From NCBI GenBank assembly GCA_021613535.1, contig CP075496.1, forward strand, positions 13,454,001 through 13,518,000: a DNA stretch of 64,000 bases, read 5' to 3'. This DNA is from Adineta vaga. Taxonomy: Eukaryota; Animalia; Rotifera. How positions within the stretch are numbered: position 1 is the first letter of the stretch; every line of letters starts with the position of its first letter. The notes below the pieces were generated by a model that ran no database searches, had not been told where the DNA came from, and worked only from the letters and a program-made list of their open reading frames with translations. A program made the translations under genes and the position numbers. Of this stretch, positions 13,898-27,946 are shown in pieces.

Positions 13898-15354
13898 ATG
13901 CAGGTGTTTAGACAACTGTTTCAAAACAAAAATAAATATGAGAAACTCTTCGATATAAAAATAAAATTGAACAGTTGATATTTTTAATACTATTCTTATT
14001 TTCTTTCCATTGATTTCTTTCTTTTTCCTTCTATATATCCTTCTTTTTCTGTTTTCGATACAATCAATTTTCGTTTTGTTCTCTCTCCCTCTCTCTCTCT
14101 CTCTTTTTACTTCTCTATCCTATTTTTCTTTCTTCGTTTGGTTACGTCAAACGTATGATGGGCTAGTCAAGTCGGATCAAACCTCGGTGTGTATGTTTAC
14201 CTGTATAGCGATTAGCGTAACAAAAAAAACAGACGGAAACCTTGATATAATCAAGGTCGGTGATGCACTTTCATTTTATGTGTGTGTGTGTATGTATGTG
14301 AGTGTTTTTCTATTCGAAAATGCTATTTTTTTTCATGTTGCGTTTAGTTCTAATCGAGATGTGTCGAGTTTGTTTTGTTTTGTTTTGTTTTCTCTTTTCT
14401 GATAACATTGAAAGTGCCATTGTTGATCTCACAAAGAAAAATTACGTTTTGTTTGATGTTATCATCTGGCTCGGTGAAACATCTTGCATTCATTCTCTTT
14501 TGTTTTCTTTCATTCATTTATTTTTTATTTTGTCTCTTTATCTAGTTTTCTTTCTCTTTGATTTTATGCATAGTTTAGATATTAGAAGTGTTATAAACAC
14601 AAGATTATCTTCTTGTTTTGTTACTATTTTATATGAACTCGAATTTATGAATAAGAGAGAAAGAAGTGATAACACAATAGACGATAATGTCTTTTCATTT
14701 TAGAAACAAACCAAATTGAACATTTCTAATATAAACCGATTGAATGACTTGCTTTTCTTCTTCTTCTTCTATCGTTAGTTGATTCAGTTATAAATGGCAG
14801 CTGTATTTGATTTGATCTAGATTTTTCTTCTGTATGTAGAAACAGAAAAAAAGGAGGAGAAACCTTGGACGATAATGACGTATGTAGATAAAAAAAGAAT
14901 ATTATTTTATTTTGTTGATGAATAGAGCAGCGTTATAGGTTTAGACAATCTATTATTATCCATAACGGAACTGAAGTATACGTGATGAAATAATCGTTGA
15001 AATGTGTTTTGTTTTATTCTTATCATTCGATTATATATATATATATATATATAAAGTACTGTTATCAAAAAAAAACTCGGATTGCGTCAATGAAAAGCCT
15101 ATTCTTATCTTTTTACTTCATCATACCACAATTGAAAAAAACTGAAAACCTTGAAAAAAGAATAATATCAAATTGATAAACATTTTCACTAAATTTGAAC
15201 ACTTATGAATGTATGTGTGTTTGAACAAGATAAATGTACTTGACAATAACAAAACGAAGAACATTCATTGAAAGAAACATTCATTTTAAAAGATTGTATG
15301 TTTGATACAAATGCGATAGGATGAATCGAAGGTGACCTATTTTGTTTGTTTTAG

Positions 15355-18300
15355 ATGTCCGTTGAAAAAACAGCGGCAATGGAACAAGTTCGTCTATTTT
15401 GCATCATTGGTAACTTTGATTAATTCTATTTAGATATCATTTTTTTTAGAAAAATGAGAATGTACGAAAGATCTCTTGGACAGTTATTGTTGTTACTGCA
15501 CAAGATCGAGAAAGTGCCTATGCATATGATTTTAGTCTGTATTTTTAAATCTTCATATGTTTTGTGTATAAGAAAGAAAATTTTCTCTAATAGTACTTCG
15601 ACAAAGACAACGTTATGGTTTAATTGATAATTCAACTATTCTGTTAACTGTAAATGATCCACAAGATAAATTAGGTAGTGGTGGAGCAACTTTAAATGCA
15701 TTATTGGTAGCTACCGAACATCTCAGTGCTAAAGCTGGTTATTCGGTTAGTAAACTATTCTTTTTTACTGTCATTGTTAATACATCTATCACCATATTAG
15801 CTTGTTAATACGAATGTTTTACATTCTGCTCATGTCTTAATCTTACATACCGTAAGTTTTTCCTCATTTAGAAATCGAATAGAAATGATTATTTCAGGGG
15901 CGTACATTTCCATATGATGCTTGTCATCGCTCATTAGCAACATTACCTGCTCGTTTTGGATCACATCGACCATGGCTATTAACAAATTTAGATCTACTTT
16001 TACATGATTTCAATCATCTAGTAAATATTTATCATTTTTAATCATCCGGAAAAATACTATCAAACATATTTAGCTTCTTTCCAGTCCATTACCATATGGT
16101 GTATGGGTTAGTAGTACGGATGCATTTGTTACATTACCAAAAAGTGGTATGAGAAGTCTTATTAATAGATTTATTCGATGATTTTCTCTTTTCAAATATT
16201 TCAAGATATTGAAATTCCATTTGATAGTGATATTCATGCATTAGCAACATTAGAAAATGTGCAATACGCATCGGGACATGGTGTTTTTATAATTGATAAA
16301 GATAAAGTACGAAGAAGAATGAATGATTTGTTGTTGATTGTAGAGATAACGTTTATTTAAGAATCAAGTGAGGAATATTTTGTATAGAGAATCTGTAGAT
16401 CGATTGAATAAATATGCAAATGAGGATCATAAAGTGCCGACTGTAAGTAGGATTCAAATGAAATGAATAGTTTGATTTGTATTCATTGATATAGGTGTGT
16501 GGTATCGTTTATTTTTCAGTAAAATTTGCAGAAAAACTTATAAGTATGAATATTACTCATTCAAAATTCACGTGAAATATTTTCTTTTGTGAATTTAGAG
16601 TTTCATCGTGTTCCACCACTTGATGGTTGTACTTACGAAGGAATCGATAGTGGTTCACAACCGAATCCAGTAGATTTAATTCATTTTTCTTTTTCATTGA
16701 TATAAAACTGTTTTTTTTCTCTATTTTTCCAATTCTATTAGTTATCGTTATACTTTGATTTTCTTCTTGCGACATGTGATGATGTTTCATTTGAAGAATA
16801 TTTATCTATTGAACATCATAATCCACTAAATGAATTAATTCAACAATCGAAAACATTTCTTTGGAATCAATTAAATGGCAAAACAAAATTTACCTGTGGT
16901 AAATTCTTTCAACAAATCAAATTAATCTTTCCAACTATTTCATTTGATTAGGAATTCTTCCATCGACATGTCATCTTCAATACATTGATAATCATTGGCC
17001 TTATTTAAGAAAAAATAATATTCATTCTCAACGTGATGATCTTCAATGGTTAACAATTCAACATTCTCTTGTTGATCAAAATCAAATTGCTCGAGAAAAT
17101 CTTTCGATTATTAATAGTATTATTTCTTCGGAATGTCATTTAGGTGAAAATATAACCATACATAATTCAGTTATTGGTGATCGAGTTACGATAGGAGATA
17201 ATTCATCTGTTCAATCAGTTGATTTTTCTAAAGAAGTAAGATTAAAAATACTTTTGTGAAAAATATTTGAGAAGAACTTTTGTTTTTTATAAGAATTTTT
17301 ATTTAACAATTCCATCGGATGTAATTATTCAAAGAATTATTTTATCATTACAAACAACAGGTGAAATGTCAACAAATCAAATTGATATTTTTACAATTAT
17401 GGGTATTCATGATGATATTGATCGAGTATTTTCTGATGAAAAATTTACCATTTTGAATATGTTATGGAAAAATTTTCAAAAACAAACAATGATTGATGTT
17501 TGGGACTTATGGCCAGATCTACAAGTGAAAATAAAAGAATGAAATTTCAACGTCTATTATCATTAGTTTTCGTTTAGAATAATCCAGAAAAACGAACATT
17601 TGCAAATGCACGTCTCTATCCTGTTCTGCATTTTAATGAAATATCATCCTTAAATGAAGATTTACTTTGGTTTTTTAATCCATCTGATCGTTTACATCAA
17701 CGTTGGAAATCATCGTGGCGTTTATCATTAAATGAAATTCTAATTCGTGCTGATCTTTTCAAAGAAATAACTCGTCGACAAAATTTATTTCATAAAATTT
17801 CTCAACAAAAAATTCTCGAACTATTATTTCAAACAGGTAGAAAACCGAGAACAAATGATTCCTATTTGATTTTATTAAAACAAACTATTGCCGATGGACA
17901 TAGTCGAGATATGCTCGAAACATTTGATCGTGCATGTTTGATTAATTATGAAAAATTACAAATTTTATCTTGTTTATTTTCGGCTATTGCGAATACATTA
18001 GCTGAAATGGCTGGTGGTGATCGAGTTGGACTACGATCAGGACCGTATCTTAATCGAGAATGGCAATATGCATTTTTAATGTTTGAACAAGGAAAATATC
18101 TTTTAGGAATTCAACATTTAATTAAACAAAGACAATTGTGGATTGATCGATCAGATCTTTTAATACGTGCTGCACGACATTATGATGGTAAAATATGTTA
18201 ATTGTTCTCTTCTAATTTACTTAAGTACAATAAAGAGAAGATTATGACACTCTACAAGTCTTCAGAGAATTTTGTATTTCGATATTAGATGATTAGAAAT

Positions 18301-19795
18301 AAGAATATTGCGGTGAAGAATTTGACAGCAAAGAAGACGAAAGTTTTTAGTTCAGAATAGATGTATTTCAAAACAGATAGTATGATTTTATCTTTCTCTT
18401 AGGTGCAACACAAACATTAATCAAACAAGGTGTATTAACATGTCGATCGAAATGTCATATTGAACGGTTGATTAAAACAAATATAACTTGTTTAAAACAT
18501 CAACAAGTTGTAGTTGAATGTCCAGTTCGTCTAGATTTATCTGGTGGTTGGACTGATACACCTCCGATTTGTTATGAACATGGTGGTAGTGTATTAAATG
18601 TATCTATTACAATCAATAATAAACGACCTGTTGGTGCACGAGCACGTCTTGTTGAATCAACATCAACATCATATGTTACATTTATTCTGAAAGGCGAAAA
18701 TGAAAAAGATGATAAAATCTATGAATTTCATACATTAGAACAATTTACTGATTATAATCAACCACAACGTCCTTGTGCATTATTGAAAACTTGTTGTATA
18801 TTTACAGGAATTATTGACATCAATACTAGTCAAGAAATGACCTTGAATGAACAATTAAAAAAGAATTTTTTTGGTTCTAATTTAATTCTTGAAGCTTGGT
18901 CTAATGTACCTGTTGGTTCAGGACTTGGAACAAGTTCTATCTTAGCTGGAGCAATTCTACTTACCTTATGGCATCTTATTGGTATTGAAAATATCACTGA
19001 TAGTATGGTTATTCGTAAGTTTTCTTAATTTTTTTTTTCAAAGGAAATATTAAGACGAAAATTGATAGATGGTGTTTTGGTTGTTGAACAAATGATGACT
19101 ACTGGTGGTGGTTGGCAAGATCAAATTGGAGGTTTATTACCTGCATTTAAATTAGGAAAATCAAATGCACAATTACCGTTGGAAGTTGAATGGCAACAAT
19201 TAAATGTTAAAGATAATCAGAATACAACATTTTGGGATGAATTTGATAAACGAATTATACTTGTTTATACAGGTCAAACACGTTTAGCACGAAATTTATT
19301 ACAATCTGTTTTACGAAATTGGTATTCGGGTGCTATTAGTCATTTATTCGATGAATTAGAAGAAAATGCTCTACAAGCAGCTGAAGCAATTGAACAAGGT
19401 TTTTCGTTTTAGAATGTAGAATAGGTTGATTATATTCGATTTTTTAAGGAGATTTAAAGAAATTGGGTGAATGTATGTCGTTATATTGGCAACAAAAATT
19501 ACGTGTTGCACCGGGCTCAGAACCGGAAACTTGCCGTCGACTAATCGACCTTATTACACCATATATTTATGGTAAATATTATTCTAGTTTTTATAGTTAT
19601 TATATTTGATTTTCTTCTTCTATTAAAGGAGTAACATTAGCTGGTGCTGGTGGAGGTGGATTTCTTGCTGCTCTTGCTAAAACAGAATGTGATGCACAAA
19701 AATGTGAAGAATTAATATGTCAAGAAAACATTCCTAATGTTTCACTTTTTTCTGCTCGTATTGATCGTCATGGACCAGTTATATCATTTTCATGA
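15355..19795 (+). CDS. FCSK: L-fucose kinase (fucokinase, GHMP family)
   Basis: [100 protein letters not shown] and LAGAGGGGF. Exact start is less certain. Confidence 0.95.
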
Positions 19796-20757
19796 TATGA
19801 TTATTGTGAATTTTACTTTATTTAACTTTATCTACTCTTTTGAATCTATTTAACCGATCATTTTTTTCACAAAAAATCAAGTTCTTCTCTATCTGATTGA
19901 CTCTTAATTATATATAAAGATATACTAAACATTATTTATCGGAATTATTTTCAAACTAGTATAATTTATTCTTCATTCTTCATTCTTATTGTTTGAAACA
20001 GCCATAACATATTAGAGACTGTGCATTAACATAAACGATGACTTAAAGAGTAATCAGATCATTGAGTACACTATTCTTACTCACTTAAATCTATTAGAAA
20101 TTCTTCTATTGAATAGAAACAGCGGTATTCCTTTTGTCTATTGTTTAAAGTTCACCAGAAGAAATGAAAAAATCGAATGCATAAAGTTTTTTTTTTAAGT
20201 ACACGACAACATCGTCGTGACGATTTGAAATCTTTTCATTATCTTATTTTGTTTGTTGCAGAGAAATGAAAGCTGCACAGTTGTGAATACAAATCTAACA
20301 AATTCGAATTAATCGAACAAAACGAAAGAAATGGAGATAAAGAAAAAAAGAGAAAGAGAGGCAAAAAAAGAACAGAATTAACAACGACAATCAGAAAAGA
20401 GAAAAGAAAAAAAAATGACACATTTACGAACACACATGCACGCTGATTTTTTTTCAGCTCAATGAAAGTCATTTTGTACAAAGTTTTATGAGAATAAGAG
20501 AGACAAAGCAAAACAAAAATAGATAGAATTGAGAAAGCACCGGGCTCGTTATGTATAGAAGAGTTGTATAAACGAAAGAGTAGAAGAGATTGAGAGAGAG
20601 AGAGGAGACGAGCGAGAGAGAAAAGATAAATCTTTGTGTGTATGTAGCGATTGCATCGTATTGCGAGAAGCGACATGCATACAGAGATAGATGTGAGATC
20701 CGACACGGGCCAAATAAAGAAAAATAATCGTAGTACGAATTTGAGTAAAGTAAATTA

Positions 20758-21455
20758 TTATCTGAATGGAGGAGCAGGTGATGATGATGATGACGATGTA
20801 TTAATATTTGATGTCGTTGAAATGGAAGGAATAGCTGGTGTCATTGGATAATTTGACGACATTTGTCTCGTCAATTGCTGTTGTTGTTGTTGCTGGTGCT
20901 GCTGCTGCTGTGACGATAAAGAGTTAGAATAGGCTGGTACAGATGACTGTCGATAATATGACGGAGGATAGACATTTCCTGTTCCCGTTGTTGTATTTGA
21001 TGGGGAATGAGTAACATGTGATGAAAGTGGATCATAAGATGATGTCGATGATGATGATGATCCATAATTAGATGATGAAGGATGACTATTTTGTGTAGGA
21101 TTCATTGAAGACGGTAGAGTGGAAGATGCCGATGCACATGTGGCTGCCATTATCATTGACGAATTTTGTTGTGGAGTGGATGACACATTTAGAGAAGAAC
21201 TTGCTGCTGATGTATAACTATAGTGTTGAGGTACTTGATATTGCTAAAAGAAAGAGAACAAAATGATTCAATATGAATAAATTATTTTTGATCGTACTTG
21301 ATTATGTGATGGTGGATATGGATAAGAAGGATAAGAAGAATAAGATGACATCATTGATGGATATCGATTAGTATAATAACGATTATGTTGTTCAAAATGT
21401 TGTGGTCGGGTAGGATAATTATACATTTGTTGCTGTTGTGGTTGTGGTGGTTGCT

Positions 21456-21489
<34 letters not shown>

Positions 21490-22833
21490 TCGATATGCAT
21501 CAGGATACTGTTGAGCCGTATTTGATAAATAAGGGGTTTGTCGTATTGTTAAAGAATCTGATCTAGTCATCATTTGTTGTTGTTGTTGTTGTTGTGATTG
21601 ATATCTTTTGGTATATTCTATTGTTTTTTGTACAGATAGATTATTATTATTATTATCTGACAAAAGAAGGGATGTATTTAAAGTAGTTAAAAATGCGATT
21701 AAACCATCGATGGTTAAATAGTCTTGAGGATTAGGACAAGTTGGTAAGATAAATGTATCAAATGTTGATAAATCAAGATCTTTGATATAGGATGAAATAT
21801 TTAAATCGGAAAAGGATAATAATGACGTTGAAGATGAAGAATATGGTATAGAAGGTGATTGAGATAAGAGATTTGCTGATGGAGATGTTGAAGAAATAAG
21901 ATTCGAAACAGAATTAGTATTAATATTCGTATTATTATTGTTATTATTTTGATTCGTTGAATTGAGTGTTGTTGTTAAAGGTGAAGCTGTCGAAGGAGAT
22001 GATGTAGATAAAACTGATGGAGAAGAAGACGAAGATGGATGTACAAGAAAATCTTGTTGATCAGTTGTTGTTAGTGGACACTGTTGCTGTGATAGAGAGG
22101 AAGATGACGGAGAAGAAAGGATATCAAGTGGTTTTTGTTGGGATGTTTGACCATTCACACTGACATTAATCACTGTACTTAATGTGAAATGATGCGTTGG
22201 TGTATGGGCTATTTGACCACTGCCATTACTACCTCCACCACCACATTCAATATCAATTTTTTGAGTCAATTCAGCTTGAAATGGATAACAAGTCTAGAGA
22301 AGTAAAGAAGAAAATATTTGTAAGAAATCAATATAATCATTAATTTGAAAATAATTTACTTGTGATTGTGATTGAGTATGATCATCACTAGTATTTAGTG
22401 AGGATGTTGAGGATGTAGAACCAATACCATTTGTATTCGTCTTTTGTTTTTTCCTTACATGTCCACTAGTTGTACAATTCGTTGATGAAGGTGATAAACT
22501 TGGTGAAGTTGTCAGTGTTGATGGTATAAGACCAGTATTTGATTTGTTCTGTTTTTGTTTACTATCTTCTAAGGAACGTTTTTCTTCAAAATGTTGATAA
22601 TAATGTCGTCGATTAGTATGTGTCATCAATGGATGATTATGAAGATGAGGATGATTATGTACCATATTTGTTGTATTAGTTGTATTTGTATTATTTGTTG
22701 ATATTTGTTGTTGATTTACACCAATAGGAACAACTTTTAAAGATTGTTCAACAAGTTTTTGTTGTTTTGTTGTTGACCATTCGAAATAATGATGATCACT
22801 CGGTGTAGTTTGTTGTTGTGGAGGTGCCGCCAT
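20758..22833 (-). CDS. Unidentified low-complexity Q/S/P/H/Y-rich protein
   Basis: Three ORF blocks join in frame at GT-AG junctions (22833-22360, 22293-21298, 21243-20758). Contains polyQ/polyS tracts, an NLS-like RKKQK and short ordered segments. No family recognised. Confidence 0.8.
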
Positions 22834-25800
22834 ATTTCTGAAAAAGAAAATAACAAATTTTGACATGACTGTCAAATCACTCTCTAGATAGTTATTTTAT
22901 TTTATCTCATGTATGTATGTGTATGTATGTTTTTTTTTCTCTCTTTCTATTTCTTAATATTCTTGTTGCGAGATTTTGACAGATGAGAAAAAAAGGAAAT
23001 CATGTACCTACCTGAGTACACATAGATTGTCAAATTTCTATTTTATGTGTATAACAATAATAAGAAAAAATGAGAGAGAGAGAGAAAGAAAGAAAGAGAC
23101 CAATAATAATGATCACTAACAGTGACGGTGGCCAAACCACCACCACCACTACACTGTTGTATTGGGTATATATGATGTTGTATGTGTGTCGCGTTCAATC
23201 GATCAGTCAGTCAGTCAGTCAATGAACGTTTGTTGCTGTTGCTTCTTCTTTTCTTCTCTTTCTTTTGCTTCTTCTTTTTTGGTGCGTCTCTTCTTTTTCT
23301 TATTCAGTCCGCCGTAGCAGCAATAGCAGCCGTTGAGGAGGAGGAGACGCACTTTTTCGCCTCTCGCCACCATCACCATGATCATGTGTGTGTATGTTGC
23401 TGCTGTAGTTTGCTTCGTCGTCGTTCGTCGTCGATGAAAGATTTCAATATATATATATATATATCGTTGCTGAATGGTTATAGTTCAACTTCTCCCTTCT
23501 TTCTCTTTCTCTTTTCTCTCGGCGCCGTCGTTCGTTCGTTCGTTTGTTCGTTCTTTCGTCGTCGCTTGTTTGACCAAGGAGGAGTACAGGAATGGGAAGA
23601 AAAAAAAATCTATAAGCACACATACACATACACATATACATATATATATACATACATACAGTATGGTTGTGGTAGAGTGGAGTGTCGCCCGAAGGAGAAG
23701 AAAAGTCGCTATGTGCTCGCAAACCTACGGACAGATAGATAAGAAGAACAAATCGTGCGAGCAGTGAGCGAGAAAGGAGAAGAGAAAGGAGAGTCTCGGG
23801 CACCGGCGCGACGCGCACACGCGGTAGATCTATTTTCATATATTAATATGCATACACCACCCCCATCTCACATAAGAACGCAAGAAGAAAGAGAACATAA
23901 ATGAGAATGAGACGATGAAGAGAGAAGAAAGAAACAGATTTCTATGTGTTTGTAGGCTATACAGCTCAATTCGCAAGCGAGCGAGACGCGTGTGTGTATG
24001 TCGATTTCTCCTGTTCGCAGCATATATAGAGTGTAGTGTCACCGATTTTTGTCGACAACAACAACGAACACATATATATAGGAAAAAGAGAGAACGAAGA
24101 AGAAAAGAAGGACTATCAATGGGCGCCACCAGCCATCAAAAGGAAGAGTAAGCTAGAGAAAAATGATGATTATTGTTATAAGTTTTGCTGATACCCTTCG
24201 ACACCAATGTTCGTAGGATGTTGTCGATGAGGCAAATCGTCTGCTCTGTTCTTTGACATGCAATAGTTTTTTTTCTCTCCTTCTCTTTAACATGTATACA
24301 GAAGAGAAAGCATCATAAAAAAAGAAAACAAATAACTGACTCTCATCTTGTAACAGTAATAATGATGAGAAGTTAAAATACTCTTCTCCTAACAATCATT
24401 AACTAATCAAAGAAACTGATATAATGATCAAACATACACATACATACATACATACATACATATACACACAACACGATGAATTGTAGTAGTAATAGTAGTG
24501 GTAGTAGTTAGTAGTATTGAGTGGTTGCTCGCTCTCTCGTGCGTGTGTATATTTGTATGTAATGGTCGTCGACGGACGAGAGCAGCGATAGTGACATATG
24601 AATACGTGCATGTAACGGGTGACAGCAGAACAAGAAGAAAGGAGAGGAAGAAGAAGAAGAAGAAAACGACGACGAAGAGAAGAAGAGTACTATAACTACA
24701 GTTCTGTTTGTTGACTGCTATCGAACGCCTTTTTCAGGTCATTGTTGGTTGACACAAAACGATCTTTATACATTTGATCAGGCGATAAAAATGACTAAAC
24801 TTGTCATAATAAACTCATAACATAAATAACAAATCAAACTAACTTTTCGATTTCATTGTGCTGATCATTGTCAAAAGACGACTCATCAGTTTTGATCGTT
24901 TGATTTGTCAGATCTAATAAAAAAATTCACTGTTATTCTCAAGCTTTTTCTTCTTCTTTTCATCTTCTAATGATTCTAAATTGAATTTAAGATGACGAAA
25001 ATTGATGCTTTTGATTCACTATATGGATGAAGTCTACAAAATTCTTTTCACTTTATACGAACATGGATGGCTTCATATTGTTCAAATTGAAATTGTTAAT
25101 GGTTCGATTATAAACATAGATATTATAATAGACTAACAATGATTATATAACACAAAGACGAACAAAAGGCATCATTTCTAAAATATTTATCAAATAATTT
25201 CATCGAAAAGATCGATCTGAATAAGAATTCCTAATGTTAAACATAATGTTTAATCTTTGATTTTCTACTTTCTTGACTTAGTAACTCGTACTATGATATT
25301 GCAAGCAATTAATTCAATTAAAAGTTCATTTCAGATATTAGATCAGTTTTGAGATTGAAAAACGAATGAATCTTTCATAAAAATTTGACAAATATAGTTG
25401 TTACATATTGTCAAAGATTAATGTCAGCAAATATAAGTTCATGGATCATAGTCACATGAAATTATTCTGATCTACTTTCGATAGTACTTAAAAATCATTA
25501 TTCATTGATAGATTTATCCCTCATTAAAACTAATTCGATTTCATCGATGAAATTATGAAGAATGCTTTTTTCGAAATGGTTCAAATTCAATCAGTTTGAC
25601 AAGACATCGTCGAACGCCAATTTGTGAAAACTTTCTAATACTGATCAATGTTTTAATAGATGAATGATCTGGTAGCAAATTATCTTTTGAGCAACAAATC
25701 AGCGATCACTAATTATTGAAGGAACGATTATAGTAGTAAACAAAAATAGTTAAATCAGATGAAGAATTCGATTTGTTGGTGTAAATCGAATGTACAGTCT

Positions 25801-26384
25801 CATTATCAATCGATGAATATGAACTGTAATCGGCTCAGTATGTTTAGAAATCAAGAAATTTTACACAAATCTGTTGGTGGAAGTAGATTATTTTCCATGA
25901 TGTTCGAAAGTTTGATCAATCTTTATAACGAATGAGAATTTCATATTCAACCATTTTAGTTTATATTGAATGATATTTTTACGTTCTTCTTACTACACGG
26001 TTCGACTATGAATAGATAATCGTTCTTACTCGAGTTTATAATCAGTTATATCAAAGATAATACATACAAGCAGAAAACCCTTCATTCGACTAATCTTTCG
26101 ACGTGTCTCATAAAAATGAAAAACAAAATCCAGTATGCCAATTTGTTTGCTCAACAATACGGAATCTTCAATTCATCAAATATATATTCCAATCATCGAT
26201 ATTAGAAAAAACAATGACATATCAGATACTACACATAGTAAATTTCATTGTAAGAAAGAATAGTATTTTATTTTGTCTTTACAATGTATCTGAATTGAAT
26301 AGATAATATGTTTTCATTGTATATTGCATACTATATATAAATAATAAACTATGAGTAATAAAATTCGATAGGTAAACGAGTATA

Positions 26385-27946
26385 TTAATATCGAGCCAAT
26401 GGAAGATGAGCATCTGCAGAAAATGCAAAATATTTTTGAACAAAATTATAAGTAACATACAATTTGTTGTATTGATTTCGATAGATTTTGGTGGTACAAC
26501 AAGTGTTGGCTGACCAGAAGTAGGTCGCCATACTAGAACTTGAGCTGAATTAGCTGATCAAGGAAAGAAAGAATGAAGAAATTAATTAGGAAAATAACAT
26601 TACCAGTTGGTGGATAAAGCGCACACGTTGGAATAGGTAAATTTTCATCATAAATTATCGGCTGTTGAGGTGATGGATCAGATATAAGAGTTGATCGTCG
26701 ACCTCGTTGTCGTTTTGGATCAACAGCAATTTCAATAATTTTCTTCCATTCAACTGTTCGAAGAATATAAATGTCCTTTATATTCATATTAAATTCATCG
26801 ATATTATTGATAAAATTCGAGGAAATTATTATCCTACTTTTGATTCAAGATCCATCGCTGCAAGCCAAACGAGAAAATGTTGATTCCGATAGATATGTGT
26901 TAAACGTGGTACTTCTTCGTCACTTGTTGGAATATCCCAAGGAATCATAAAATCAAGAATAGAAATAAATTTTCAGATTTATATATATATATATACATCT
27001 GGCAATCTAATCTTTATTCTTTGTCGCATCTAAACATACCAAGGATGAAAAAAATCTCTCATTGTTACTGTATATTTCGATGAATGTGAAATTGGACCAT
27101 TGATAGTTACAACTTGATGTGAACTACCATACCAAGGATAATTTCGTCCATCACTATCATTAATTAAAGGTTTTTCACGTGTAACCATTTCTGGAAATTC
27201 CCATGATGTATAACCATAATCTCCATATGTATCTTTGAAGGAAAAGACGAAGAATGAAAGATTTTCGAATGAAATTTACTGAAAAATTCCATATGAGTAC
27301 AAGCTTGTATCCATCCGATTTTCCAATTTTGATTTTCGTCTATGGCTGGCATTTGAAATGTAACATGAGATTTAAATTGTGGTGTTTTATATTTTAATAC
27401 TGATGACGAACTTTCATCAATCAGAGTTGGTTTACTTTCGATTTCTACACGTAAATCAAGAATTTTTATACGTGGTGCTGGTCGAGAATCAGTGACAAGC
27501 GTTGTTGTTGATAAAGGTAAATGTCGTGTATGTTTAGTACGAGAAGGACTTGAATTTTTCAAAAGATTAGTTGGTGTGTCGGATACGGTAGTATTGATTT
27601 TCGATGTTTGTCGATGTTTATCAGATGTTGATTGATTCTAAAAATCATGTTATGAATGAGAAACTCTCTTGATTATGTTTGTAAACCTTCGAGTATCTGT
27701 CTTTATGTTCATGGGATTTAAATGTCTCAATTATACGATTTGTTGAATATTTTCGTTGTCGATTATCTTCATCAATTTGATTTTCTTTATTTCGAATTCT
27801 ATAAAATAATAGAAAATCATTTTTATCGATAAAACTTCGTTTCTCAAAGATATTTACTGATTGTCTCGTGATTTTCGTGATTGATGTTGAATAATTTTAT
27901 TTGTTACGGAATTTGTTTTTAAATCAACGAATAAATGACGAGACAT
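26385..27946 (-). CDS. FAM78: FAM78-family protein
   Basis: IDESSSSVLKYKTPQF, WKIGWIQACTHMEFFNTYG..G..SWEFP, INDSDGRNYPWYG, LTHIYRNQHFLVWL and PTANSAQVLVWRP..G.P..VVPPK. One acceptor reads AT rather than AG (26947-26948). Confidence 0.9.

Noticed and set aside
7562-19795. GXYLT1 and fucokinase as a Notch-glycosylation cluster
   Set aside because: The link is indirect and an unrelated gene intervenes; no sequence evidence of co-regulation.
23182-24695. Cluster of overlapping ORFs
   Set aside because: Produced by CA/GA/TA/GAA microsatellites upstream of the Q-rich gene.
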